From positions 870,001 through 934,000 of the forward strand of contig NC_087438.1 of NCBI RefSeq assembly GCF_036321535.1: 64,000 nt of DNA. The letters run 5' to 3'. Source of the stretch: Camelus dromedarius (lineage: Eukaryota). The notes beneath the pieces are model-generated. The model saw only the letters and a program-made list of their open reading frames with translations. It did not search any database and was not told where the DNA came from. The position numbers and the translations under genes were made by a program. Positions 1 to 12,430 of this stretch are shown here, in pieces. Position 1 is the stretch's first letter. Every line of letters starts with the position of its first letter.

Positions 1-2779
1 CTGGGTGCTGACTCAGCACGTGCGGCCAGCACGGCACAGGGGAGGTGCCAGCCGCCGTGTGACGGCAGCCGGGAACCCACTGAGCCATCAGCGCCATGCT
101 GGTGGACACAGGGGACACTCCGCTGGAGGCGTGTTCCAGCGCCAGCGCTTCAGTCACGGGAAATGGCCACCACTGCTCCAAAGGAACGGGAGGGGCGCCC
201 ACAGACAGACGGGTGGGAGCTCCCTCCCTCCTTCGTGCGGGAAGAGTCAGCGCACGTGGGGCCTGCCGCACACACGGACGGAGCCCGCGCTGAGGCCACA
301 GCCTTGGCCGCTACCTCGTTCTCAGAGCTTCTGACAACCACGCGGATGGAAGCAGAAAGGGGCTTTGCTCAGTCGGCCCACGGTCACCACTAACCAGCCT
401 CGGCTGGAGGGGAGGCTGGTGAGCCCATAAGGCAGGGTGGACGTCGGCTGCGCTGGCCCCGCAGTCCCGTGGCTGAGAGCGCAGCAGCCCTGCCCGCAAG
501 GAGGCCGAGCACAGGCGCTTGGGGTTCCAGGGGCAGCTGCAGCTCAGGCTGGGCCTCCTGGGCCCGCCCCTCCTGCAGGGCTCCATGAGGGCCAAGCCAC
601 ATCCCCCGCCCTGCGGGAGGGAATCGCCCCAAGCCTGTGCGGTCACCGGGGTAGCCGGCAGGCCCCGCCATCAGGGAGCTGCACACACTGTCGCAGCACC
701 CGGGGAGGCTGCTGAGCTCAGCGTTGCTGGTGGCAGCAGAGCTGGGTGCCACCCAGGGATGCCACCAGGGGACAGGTGCGCTGGAGGTCACCTGCGTGAC
801 AGACCCAGGGGCCAGCCAGGGGAGGAGCTGCAAGTTACATGAGGCACAGAGAACACAGCCCGAGATGACAGTCAGCACAAAAGATAAGACACAAAACAGG
901 ACTGACATCACCCATGTCTCCAAGCCACTTAGACTGCAACCTGAGCCAAGCGTCCCTCCGGGATGGCAGCGCGGGGTGAGCACGCGGAACGTGGACTCTC
1001 GCGGGTGTGGGGGTGCAGATGGGGCCTGGAGTGAAGGGGGTGCTGCCAGCCCAGGGAGCACGGGGGCAGCGCAGGCACCGTGTGCCGGGCTGCGCTGAGC
1101 GGGTGCTGGCAGGGCCCAGCTGCAGGGGAGCCAGAGATGATGGCGCTGATGGAGGCGGGGAGCAGGGTGTAGGCCACGCCCCAGATTGGAAACCCCCACA
1201 GTAAAGGGGCTGGGTCGCAGGAACCGAGGCCCGACCCCAGGGTCAGCCCCTAATCAGAGCAAAGCCTAGGCCGTAGGCGCGGCCAGCAGGAGACGGGCTG
1301 GCGCGGGGGGCTGGGGGACGGGTCCGAGCCCCCTTCCCTCTGTGAGCGCCCGCTCATGCGCGGGCATGGGCCTGGCGGGATGATGCCCCCTCCGTGCGCC
1401 CAGCCTGCCCAGGGCTCCAGACGCACCAGCGGGATGACTGGCAACCCGCCCTCCCGGACCAAACCAGCCCTGAGCTGACCCCGCTCGCCCGCCCCTTGGA
1501 CACACACTTGGGAGCCACCTCAGTCTCTCACCAACTCCTATTGGCTCCACCTCCAAAACACCCAGAACCTGTGACCCCTCCCCTCCGAGGTGCAGCATGG
1601 GGACTCCGCGGCCCCTGGGGCTCAGCGTTCTGTGTGGCTGTGGGGTCACCCCTACCCCCACTTCCCCGCCAGCCTCCCTCCTCTCACTGTGCCTGCACCT
1701 CCCCAGGGACAGTCCTTCCCCAAATTGCTACAGGGCGGGTTCCAGAACCTTCCCTCACCTTGGCCACAGAAAAGCTGCACTGACGGGTACACCGGCCCTC
1801 ACTCTCTGCAGACCCCGGGGGAGCCCTCCCGAGACGGGTCAGCTGGTGCCTGGGTCAGGGGAACAGGGCTCATCTCTGGACCCAAGCACGGGTAGGGTCA
1901 GACATCAAGGGAGCAGGACTCTGGGGCTGGTCTTGTGCGTCCCTGGGACACTGCTCTGGTCACCTCCAAGCGGTCCCACAAGGAGCAGAATAGGGACAAG
2001 ACTCGCGGATTCTGCAGAGAGACCTCCAGGCACGTGAGATAAACAGGAACAACTTGCCCAGGAAATCAGTTTCTTTTTTTGGCTGTTACTTATAAAAAAA
2101 ATACAAAGCTGGCTGTTTTTAAGAATCTTGATTCAGAGTAAACAGAAGGTCCTAAAACTGACACCTGAGGCCTGGGCAGCCTCACACAGACAGGAAGTGG
2201 GGCAGAGCCTCAGGACGCGCGCAGCCTGCTGGACGCGGGGGCGAGAGGAAAGCGCACACCCTGCTTCACTGTGCTTTCTAAAGAAAGGAGACTGGAGAAG
2301 GCACGGCCACCCTCCCGGGGCCCCGTCAGCCGGCCCTGCCAAGCCCTGCGTCAAAAACGCCGCCGCCACACCTCTGAGCTCGCGGCTGCACAGGAGCAGC
2401 ACCAGCCCTGGACCCGGCATCTCAGGTGCAGGCCCAGCCAGTCAGCCCAGAGAGCCTCCGCCCTCCGCTCCCCCGAAGGCAGAACACCTTCCAGCCCTAA
2501 TCAGATGCTACTTTCAAATTGGAAACAAACAGTCGTTTGCACAAGTAATTCGAATAGTTAAAATTCTTGAAAGCAAAAGTGAAACAGAAAAGGCTGGCAC
2601 TCTGCATGGTCACTGTTAGCTCCACCTGTCACACACACATCTGCTCTCGAGAAAAGTCCCCTCCTCACGATCAGACAAAACCCCGAGTGTGGCTAGAAAT
2701 CCAAGAGGCCGACGGTGAGAGTGGAAATGGCCGGCTGGGCCCGGGGGCGCGGGTCATGCCCGAGGGCGCAGGCTCACGG

Positions 2780-3300
2780 CTACTGAGCGTTTTGTGTTGG
2801 GGGGTATCTGGGCTTCTTTGGTATGATTTGTCCATTTCCATAAACCCCATGCCCAGATTCACACTGGACTGATTTGTCTTTTTCTTACTAACGTGTGAAT
2901 GTCTTCCTGACTTCAGGCCCTGGCTACATCGCCTCTGAGGGTCCCCACCCACCCGAGACTGTTAGGAAAATGTGTGCCTCCGCTCAGGAAAACTTTCCTT
3001 CCAGAGCCCATGCTCGCTGCTGTATACAAGCTATTTCTTATCTCTCCCACTCAAATCTAAAATTAAATATAGCTTTTCCAGAAGAGCTGTTTTTTTCTTT
3101 CAAACCCTCCCGCAGCCCCAACATCCCCATTGTCCCCGTCATCTCTATCCAAGAGCTTTCAGATCAAATCTTGGCATCTTCCACCCAATCTGGAGGCTTC
3201 TGCAAAATGAGAGTGTCTTTCAGTAATTCGCTGAATTGACAGTTCTGTCCTGCAGTCCAATGCACAGCGATTTTCCTCGACGACCACAGTTACCGTTTTC
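2780..3300 (-). mobile_element. Highly degenerate old L1M (L1ME-like) fragment
   Basis: Patches such as 'tgatttgtctttttcttactaacgtgtgaatg' and 'ttcagatcaaatcttggcatcttcc' resemble antisense L1 ORF2/3' sequence. Recognised by eye only. Confidence 0.35.
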
Positions 3301-6300
3301 AGCACACCGCAGCTGATGGTGTGCGCTGTGCCTGTGCGGCTCTTTGTGGGGTCAGACCACCCTGTCCAAGGTAACCCTAATCCTGACGCCCCACCGCCCA
3401 GGCACGCCGAGACCCTCGGCACCAGGCCTGTCTCCTTTCAGCCAGGGCCCGAGGGCTCCCAGGAAGGTTGGAGCCTTTGCACCAGCTGATCCAGCCCAGC
3501 TCGGGCCTGTGTCCTGCCCCGGCACTCGGCACTGCCAGTTTCACAGGGCTGGTGTGCGTAGGTCCCTGGGGCAGCAGGGCCCACGGGCCACAAGTGGAGA
3601 CAGAAAACCAACCACAAGGTCAGCGGTCAGCACAGAGGGGCAGCTGGGGGCTTCCAGGCGGATGCAGCAGAAAGCACCGGGGCCCCCGAGGAGGCCGGGC
3701 AGAGCTCTCAGTCCCAGCTTGAGGGCTTGGGGACACGTCAGACATCTTGGGACAGCGGGAGCCACCTGCCACGTGGACTCAGAGTCTCCAGGGCAGCTGA
3801 GAAAGGTCCCCATCACGACAGGTAGGTCAAGATGGAAGGAAGTGCATGGGGGCAGAGGGGCGCACTTCCAAGCAGAGGCAGGTCTGGGCCTGGAGATGTG
3901 GGTGGGCCAGGGGGCCAGGCAGGGTTCACTCTCCCTGGCCCTCCTCAGCCCCCCTCCCACACACTCAGTTTTATATAAAACGTCCTCTTTGAGTTTTCAG
4001 GACCCTCTGCTGGAGACAAGAGCTCCGTCCCTGGGGTCCTAGTGATTCCGACCTGCCGCTCCCCAGCCTCCAGGTTTGAACGTCGCAACGAAGCGACCCT
4101 CAGGCCGGAGGCCCTCCTGCGGCCCCGCCACCCACCCTGGAGAGCTCAGGGCCGCAGGTCAGGGGGTGGGGTGGAAATGCTGGAAGGCGTAAGCTCTCTC
4201 TCCTGGCTGGACGTCCCACCAGAGACAGGCTCAGATCCAAAGGTGGGAGTTGGCGCAGAAATTCGGCAACACCTGACCTACTTCCTCCAGCATCTCACCT
4301 GTGGGGCCAGGACACCTGTAATTACACGTCCACAGAACGGAGCTTTCAAGGCACCAAGCTCCCGCTTGCAAAAATGGATGCAGGGGCTGTGAATTCCACA
4401 AACCAGCGCAGAGGCTTGGGCAGTGACCGAGGCGGGATGGGCAGCGTCAGGGGCAGGACCTGGTGCACGACACAGCCTTGTCGCTGAGAAGGTCTGGCCG
4501 AGGGGGTGAGAGGCAGCGGGGCGGGCACAGGCCAGGCACGGAGAAGGCCCATCCTCCGCCCGCGTCCACAAACACACACCAGGTGGCACCTGAGGGAACA
4601 CCCGAGCCAGTGCCAGGGCCAGAGGTAAAGGCTCGAGAGGCATGGACCCTGCTCCCCGGCCGTGGCTGCAGCCCCGCTCGCTCAGCTGGGAGAGCGCCCA
4701 GAAGCCAGACCCACCCTGGCTGCGGCTCAAGGAAATCCCTTGTCTCCGGGGCTCTCACTACAGGGCTGGAGTGAAAGAATCTCGAAATTCAAGAGCAGCA
4801 GCGCTTCCTGCCGTCCAGTCACTTCAGCAAATACCCTCAGGAAGTGACAGGCCTGGGGCCAGAGAGGGTGTCCTAGGCTCCGGGCTGTGAGACCACCACC
4901 CCACTCCCCCCACCCCCAGTCCCGGGCTGTCAGGGCTCCCAGCTGCAGGAGAACCTCTCCAGCTACAGGCAGCCCCTATCTGGGCACCTCCTACCCCATG
5001 GCACCCTCAGATAGGAGAGCATCCCCAGAACATCCTGCCTCAACCCCCACTCCCAGTGGCTGGAGGCCCCTCCAAAATTCTGGGTCCAGGGCCTCATCTG
5101 TGGGAAGCCCCAGGGAACATCCTAGCCCCACCCCCTAACTGCAAGGAGTTCCCCTCACCCACACCCTGGCTACAGCCCCCAGCTGTGGGAGTCCCCCTTT
5201 ATCTTCGAGGAGACCCTTGGGCACATTCTGTACTTTCCAGTGGCAGGCAGCCCCCCAGAGCTTCCCAGCTCTGCCCCCAGCTGCAGAGAACCCCTGACCC
5301 ACCAGTTACACTGTGGGGCCAGGCTGGGACACAGGGCCCCTGGTGCTGGTCAGTGGAGCAGGGGTGGAGAGCAGCCTGGGGCAGCCTACCCCCTGGCTGG
5401 GTGGTCATTCCTTGAGCACAGCGGGGAAGCATGGAGGTGATCCGTCTGACTGCTCCTTAGAATGAAAGCACAGGTGCGGTTGAGATGGACTGGAAGGGGG
5501 CAGGCAGCTGGGAGACCACTGCACAGGGTGGGGCGGCGGCAGAAGTAGCCCCGACAACCCTGAGACCCCTCCACGCTGGGTGGCTGTAGGCGCTGACAGC
5601 AGCAAAAGGGAGCAGTCCAGCTGGAGACAGACTGAGCTGAGGGGGCCTGCGGGACCGCAGGAGGGTGCGGGGATGGTAAGTCACATGGCACAAAAGTGAC
5701 CAATGACTCCCCCCTATGGGCGAGAAAGGTCTACTGCTATAGAAAGGGGGGTTCTGTCACTTGCTCTGTGCATGAGACGGTGGGGGGCTGGCCTGGGGGA
5801 GTGAATGGACCCCAGTGTGAAAGACCCCCGCCCTGGGGTGGGCGTCCAGTGCCTGGCCCACCCCCGCACGCCCACTGGCTAGGGCACAGCTGCGCGCAGG
5901 CGCTGGGCGCAGCAGGAGCAGCAGGTCCCCGTCGAGTGGCACACGCCAGCCCTCACCTGCTGGACCTGGCACGAGACACACTTAGGGAGCCCTGCCCATG
6001 GCCCCATCCTCCGGGTCTGAAATGTGAAAATTGTGAAAGATGTTGTTTCAAAAGTTCTTAGGTGGCAACTAACTTTTTAGGGAAAATAAGTCACTCCTCC
6101 AGTGCTAAGATGGAAATATGGCTTTCCGGAGGAAAAAGGCCGCAGGTCCAGGCACCTGAGCTGGCCTCTCACAGGAGCACAGGGCGAGGCCAGCGGCTCC
6201 ACCCGGGACGGTCCAGGAGCATCACCAAATGCAGCGAAGCCAGAAGCCGGGAGGCCAGCTGCCACTTGCAGGGCCTTTAGCAACGTTGACAACACCCCAG

Positions 6301-6774
6301 CTGACGATGCTGGAACGTGGTCAAAACACCAAGGAACATGCGCATCAGCTCTAATGCAAGACGTGGCACTGATGGCTGAGCGGTGACTTGGGCTTTAGAA
6401 GGACAAACCCGCCACCACATTTAAACATGCTTCCAAGTGCACACTTTCCTCCGGGCTCATCTCAGGATCACTCACAGCTGGAACGGAGATTTCCACTGCA
6501 ACACCAACCCCGACCCCACGGCAGACCCACGAGAACTCGGCAGGGCTCCAGCCCCTGGGTCTGACGGCAGGGTGAGGTTGTGGGAGAGGGGCTCACAGAA
6601 GCTGTGCTGAGACTCACCGGGCAGGGGAGCCCCAGGTACTTCCTCCAAACTTCCCACCGCCTGGCGCCCTCTGGGGTCGGGCCTGTGGATGGCAGGGTGG
6701 GCAAGGCATTGGCTCCTTCAGTGGGGCTCAGTGCTCCCTTCAGGGACAAAATCCTGCGTTTTTAACATGAGAAG

Positions 6775-7312
6775 TAACCAACCTATATCTCCACCGACAG
6801 ATGACCTGGTAAAGAAGCTGTGGTGTATTTACACAATGGAACACTGCTCAGCTATAAAAAGGAATAGAATAATGCCATTTGCAGCAACATGCACGGACCT
6901 GGAGGTCGTCATTCTAAGTGAAGGAAGCCAGAAAGAGAAAGAAAAATACCATATGAGATCACTCATATGTGGAATCTAAAACAATAAAAATAAAAGGACA
7001 CTACAAACTCCTCTATAAAACAGAATCAGACTCACAGACAGAGTAAGCAATCTTGTGGTTACCGGGGGAGGGGATAAATTTGGGAGTTTGCGATTTACAA
7101 ATGTTAGCCACTGTATATAAAAATACATTAAAAAAACACACATTTCTTCTGTATAGCACAGGGAACTATGTTCAATATCTTGTAATAACCTTTAATGAAA
7201 AAATATGAAAATGAATGTATGTCTGTATATGCATGACTGGGACGTTGTGCTGTGCACCAGACATTGACACATTGTAACCGACTTTACTTCAATAAAAAAA
7301 TTAAAATAAAAT
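6775..7312 (+). mobile_element. 5'-truncated L1 (ORF2 C-terminus, 3' UTR and A-rich tail), cetartiodactyl/camelid type, antisense to LPCAT1
   Basis: Translates as PTDDLVKKLWCIYTMEHCSAIKRNRIMPFAATCTDLEVVILSEGSQKEKEKYHMRSLICGI*, typical of the L1 ORF2 end. 3' UTR includes 'gtatagcacagggaactatgttcaatatcttgtaataacc', then AATAAA and an A-rich tail. TSD aacatgagaag (6764-6774) / aaaatgagaag (7313-7323). Confidence 0.92.
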
Positions 7313-10300
7313 AAAATGAGAAGGAAGACTGACTGTGTCTTACTCAGTGTTGAGACATTAAAGAGGGGGTAAGACAGAACTATGCGTGTGGACGTGTGTG
7401 TCCCCATTCTGGGACAGAAAAGCATAAAAAATGAAGAGTCAAGTCTTAGAAGCTTGAATCCCCCGTCTCCCTCCTCAGCATCAACCACAGTTAAGTTCTG
7501 CGTGTGCCCTTCCAGAGAACCAGAATCGGATTAAAGGAGGCTCCGGGGTGGGGGTGGGGGGTTAGCCGAGAAAGCGGCTGGGTCAGACTCCACGCTGAGC
7601 CAGCCCGCACCGCCCGGGGTCCGGGGTCAGCACAGCACCTGGGCCTGCGCCCCTCACCTGGGCAAGGGGACACGGCGCCCCCCCCCCGCCTCCCAGCGGC
7701 AAGGACGCTGGAGTCACCAGGACCTCTGGGCACAGATGTATCAGTGCCACCATCAGGCAACCCCTCGGGGAGCAGCCTGGAAGCCCTGCTCCAGGGCCGC
7801 CACCCCTAACACAGACCCAGGCTGAGACATGGGGGCGCTTGCTGCCATCCTTTTATCAGAACTCGGGCATTCGGATAACAACTCAGAGAAAGACATTGCC
7901 CACTTTTGGGTAACGAAAGTCCACGCAGGCCACCGCACAGGCCTGTCCCTAGAGTCACCCCTCCTGGTAAGCCTCCCTACGGACTAGCCGGCGGAGGGGT
8001 GCACACAGTGGCCTCGCCTCCAAGGACTTGGTTCCAAAGTGTCTGGGAAACCAGGCTGCTTTCCAGGAAGTAAATCCTCACTGACACTGGTTACAGGGAA
8101 TTCAGAAACAGGGAAGTGACAGAGCTGAAGTGGGGATGTGCCCACGACCACGGCTTCCAACGGGAAGTACCAAAAGGCTGGAGTGACGTAACACCCCTGC
8201 GTGACTCCCAGACCAACAAAGCACCCTGTGATCTGTCACTAAGTTTCTACCAGTCACGGTTGCTCTGATCTTAACGTGTGGTTCTCCCTCCAAAGAGATG
8301 CTTAAGCTCCTCACCAAATGTGCAGTTAAGTGACAGACGGACGGACCAGTCATTCACCCCCAGGCACGGGCAGCCCCTCCCCCACAGCCAATGCCAGCAG
8401 GTAACACAGGCACACTTGCTGGGCCATCTGCGCTCACAGCTCAGCGCCCTGGGGGGTCTCAGACGTTGCAGGTTCCATCTACTTACTGATTTGGGGAGGC
8501 AGCTTTCTTTGCTTGGCTCGGCCAGTTCACTCTGTGGAAACTCTACCATAACGCAGTATGTAAAGGGGAAACGCTTTGCAGAGTGTTTTTGGTGAAAAGC
8601 AAAATGTTCCCACAGAGCGGGGCTTGGAACTTGGAGGGTAAATTCAGGCTACACACCCTTGGCCTCACACTGCAGGCCTCGGAACAGGAGCAGGACTTGG
8701 TTACAAAGATGCCAAGATGATTCTGAAATGGCCCCTGAAACACTGCAACAAGGCACACACAAAGTGTCCCTCCCTCTCTGGAGGGTGAAGACACCCACCC
8801 GCCTGGTCCGCTCTTGAATTCTCGCAGACGCTCGGGCAAGAACAGCCTACAGGAGTTGCTCCAAACCGTACAACGCTGTGACCCCGCCCGAGGGAGCTGG
8901 GATTTCTGACTCTACTCTGACGTCTGTCCCCTCCCCTTGTTTATTCTCTCAGCAACCAGCTGACTCTCTGCAGTGGACCCCTCTCCCCTGGGGGCAGTGA
9001 GCACAGAGTCCTGGCCAGGACAGACATGGCCCCCGTGCACCCGCAGGACCAGAGGCTCCTGGAGTGGTGGGAGCTCAGGGGGGGCCATCCAGGGTGGAGG
9101 GGGCCCCTCTCAGAGGTGGTGTTTCACCGCGGGCCCGAGGGAGCTGCAGAGCGGCCAGGAGAGAGCGGCCAGACAGGGGGATAACAGCAGGAGGCCGGGT
9201 GACCAGCCAGGCCCAGGCAGGGCTGAGGGGTCAGGGCCCCACCCCAGGGGCACTCACCCCAGCGGGCTCTAAGCAGCAGAGCCGTGGGAGGAAGGCCCTG
9301 CTGGGTCACAGGGCGCACCTGCTCAGGAGCCCAGAGGAAGGGGCTGCGGATGCCGGGCAGAGCACCTGGTAGCAGACGAGGTGCCGACAGACCACACGGG
9401 CGAGTGGAGCTGGTGTCTGTTCCTTACACGCACAGGGACCAGCGGAGCACAGCCCTGCCCTTTCGCGTTCCAGGAGGCCCGCCACCCTATCCGCTCTTCC
9501 CTCGCCTCAGTCTTCGCTGCCTGTTTCTTCTCCCACCGACAACAACTAAACCCGCCAAAGGAGGCACTGAGGGGAAAATCAGGCATCTGGAAAATGACAG
9601 CTTTAGACTGATTTCAAGACTTCTCACTCCAATATTATTTCAAATGAATTACCTTACACATTAAAAAACACTTTAATCTCCCCCCTAAAAGAGTTTTGTC
9701 ACAGTCGGAGATACAGTCCCCACCGTCTGGACAAACGCTGCAGACCGGAAACTTCTCTGCTTCAACGTTCAGTTTTGGAGTCAGAGAAAGGCCGTCTCAT
9801 GAGCAATTTACAGAAACGCAAACCCAACTCACAACCAGAGTCCGGAAGGCCAGCTTGCAGGTCCTACCGGCTCGGGGAAGTGTCCCTCCAGGCCAGGAGC
9901 CACGCGAAGGGAAGGGACAAGTGTGGGGACCCCAAGTCCTGCAGTGTGCACCCCTCAGCCAGGGCCGGGCCCCTCAACAGGTTAAACGTGCTGGAGCAGA
10001 CGGCGCCCGCACGCTGTTCCCCAGGCTGGACCAGGTTGTGCACGACCAAGTCGGGCCGCAAGCTCAGCCCCACGCGGACCCCGGGAACAACTCGCAAACG
10101 CAGAGGCAGACGTCTTCCCGCCAGTTATCTGCAGGGCACCCCGCACAGTCCGCACCACACTGCCGCTGGCAATGACTCAAGTGACCAGCGAGGTCCCCAC
10201 ACACCAAGCGCATCAGGTGACAAAGTCACATCCGGGGGAGCCGCTCCGGTACCGCGCGGGGCCGGAACGCAGCGGGAGCGGGCGCCCGTACCAAGGGTGC

Positions 10301-10632
10301 GAGGCGCGGCCGACCTGCGTGCGGGTCTGAGGTCGGGGTGCAGGGATCCAGGGATCAGGGAAAGGGGCATAGGGACGGGTGCGGGGACCTAGGGACTGGG
10401 GATGCGGAGCCAGGTTCGGGGCACCGGCGGCGGGAACCAGAGGATGGGGTGAGGGCGGCGAGGATGCGGGTTGCGGGCCTCAGGGGAGTGTGGCGATCGC
10501 GGGTCCTGGGGCCCGGGGCCGCGAGGCTGGGCCGCGCCCGCGGTCCCCTTCCCAGCCCCCTCCGGCCGCGCATCCCGGACCCTCGGCGCAGCCCCGGGCC
10601 CGGGGAGTGTCGGGCACACGGCGGACACCCAC

Positions 10633-10767
10633 CTGGGCCTTCTGCAGGGCGCTGAGGCGCAGCTCGTGTACGAAAGGGTTCCGCCCCGGGGGCGCCAGCC
10701 GCCGCGCGTCGCTGGTCCCCGCGCTGGAGGCGGGGGCGGCGCGGGAATCGCGTCCCCGCAGCCTCAT
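10633..10767 (-). CDS. LPCAT1: Lysophosphatidylcholine acyltransferase 1, coding exon 1 (45 aa, phase-0 end)
   Basis: Minus-strand translation MRLRGRDSRAAPASSAGTSDARRLAPPGRNPFVHELRLSALQKAQ matches the recalled mammalian LPCAT1 N-terminus (human MRLRGCGPRAAPASSAGASDARLLAPPGRNPFVHELRLSALQKAQ). ATG context gcggccATG; 135 nt; canonical donor CAG|GTGGGT. Confidence 0.97.
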
Positions 10768-11163
10768 GGCCGCGCCGCCCGCTGCGAGGGGCGCGGGGCG
10801 CGGAGCCAGGCGCCGAGGTGGGTGCGGAGCTGGGGACAGAGCGGGGCGCGGAGCTGGGCGCGGGGAGCCGGGCGCGGGCAGACGATGCGCGGCGGCAGGA
10901 GCGGGCCGGGAGCCCGGCCGCGCAGGCGCAGGAAGAGCAGCGGCATGACGTGGGCGGGGCGGGGCGGGGCGGGCTCGGGAGGGGCTCCGCGTGAGCCCCG
11001 CCTCCCGAGGGCCCCGAGAGGCAACCCCTCCGCGCTCCCCCGCCGCGCGCCCTGCGCCTGGGTTAGCTCGCGGGGACCAAGGCCGACCCGTTCCCAGGGG
11101 CGCCGAGGCCCTGGCGGAGAGCCTCCTGCTGTGGCCGGACCACTGGGCTTTGCCAGCGGGCCT

Positions 11164-11207
11164 GGTCCCCGAGAAGGGGAGATCCGGTCCCCGAGAAGGG
11201 GAGATCC
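11164..11207. repeat. Perfect 2 x 22-bp tandem duplication (ggtccccgagaaggggagatcc)
   Basis: Units at 11164-11185 and 11186-11207 are identical. Confidence 0.95.
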
Positions 11208-12329
11208 GGCCCCCAGCGCAGTGCTGCCCGCCACGTCGCCCCCTTCCGCCGCTCAGGGTATGGACCCGGGGACGGGGCCGTGGGGGGAAGGGAGAGTCAG
11301 CGACACGGGGACAGAAGACCAGGAGGGCACGCGTTCCCATGGCGTGTGGGTGAGGAGCCCCCGGCAGTCCTGGCGCCAGGCCGCCCCAGCTGCCCAAATC
11401 CCGACGCACACGAGGAACAGGCCCCAGCCAGGCCGCACGTGTGACAGGCCTGCAGGAGATTCCACTGGGTCCCCGCCCCAGACCCAGCTCCCGCGGCTTT
11501 TCTTCCGTCTGTCCTGTCCTCAGAAGGGCTCCCCTGGGCTGCTCCGTGGTCCTGCCAGTCCTGGCTGTGAGCTGCACTAGGAGACCCTGAGGGCAGGCCT
11601 CATCCCGGACTCTCCAGGTCCTCTCGGGCCACAGGGTCCATTCGGGTGGTGGGCCCCGGCATGTGCGGACTGGGACCCAGTGATCTGAGAAGCAGGTGAT
11701 GAATTGTTCCCATTCCCTAAGGACTCTGGTTCATGGAATAACACCTGTGGGTGAAGGGGGGTGCTGGGGGTCCCTATTTGTGGCACAGCACTAACCAGGG
11801 CAAAAGCAAAATAGCTCCCTCTTCAAAATTTATAAATTTCAAAACTTCACTGCAAACCTTTTGCAGTGAGAACAGCTACATTTCTGCACGTCTCTCCCTG
11901 CGGCCCTGACAGGCAGGAGACGGAAGGCGTGAGCTGGCATGGGCTGCGGGTGAGGAGAGGCTGGCGTACAGCAGCAGCCCCGTCAGGTCACATGTGGACG
12001 CCTGGAACCGCTGGGAGGAGCCCAGCTCTTCTGGAGTGCTCTGGGGCTGCCTGCCTGACCTCTCCAAGGCCCTGGGCTCCTGGGGGCACCTGTGTTCTGC
12101 CTGGGTAGTGGGTCAGGGAGTGGTTGACCCTCCGAGAACCCAACCTGCACCCTCGTGGACGACATGGTGAAGTATCTCCATGCTGAGGGTCCTTCTGTGT
12201 TTCGATGGAGAGAGAAGAGCCCAGGGACCCAAAGGGAGGCCATGGTCCTGCTGAAGTCTGCGGCATCCTACACACACCGTCAGTGTGGAAGGGAAAGAGC
12301 GGGGTGGGGTCCGAACTTCTTCAAAGCCT

Positions 12330-12430
12330 CATGCTTGACCTGGGCAGGTTACCTCTCCTCGGGACCTTGGCTGTCACATCTGCAAACAGAGCAGCGTCTG
12401 CCTCTTCCCCGGTGTCGCGATGACCCAGAA
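12330..12430. mobile_element. MIR SINE remnant
   Basis: 'ttgacctgggcaggttacctctcctcgggaccttggctgtcacatctgcaaacag' resembles the MIR core (tgaccttgggcaagttacttaacctctctgagcctcagtttcctcatctgtaaaatg). Confidence 0.5.

Larger units (their letters stand above)
1..10632 (-). other. LPCAT1: LPCAT1 intron 1 (partial; continues beyond the window start)
   Basis: Begins at the GT donor (minus strand CAG|GTGGGT, plus positions 10632-10627). No exon-2-like peptide (human VALMTLTLFPVRLL...) appears in the minus-strand ORF track for 1-10632. Confidence 0.85.
10240..11400. promoter_or_regulatory. LPCAT1: CpG island / LPCAT1 promoter
   Basis: Very GC- and CpG-dense, spanning exon 1. Tandem GC boxes gggcggggcggggcggggcggg at ~10952-10973, NRF1-like gcgcaggcgca at 10920-10930, TGACGTGG at 10946-10953. 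Confidence 0.9.

Noticed and set aside
390..1199. 269-aa minus-strand ORF as a possible LPCAT1 exon 2 or nested gene
   Set aside because: No similarity to LPCAT1 exon 2 or any protein I recognise; composition is typical of GC-rich intron.
10471..11580. Long ORFs on both strands (369 aa plus, 365 aa minus) over the LPCAT1 island
   Set aside because: They are Gly/Arg/Pro/Ala-rich products of stop-poor CpG-island DNA. Only the 45 codons at 10633-10767 match a known protein.
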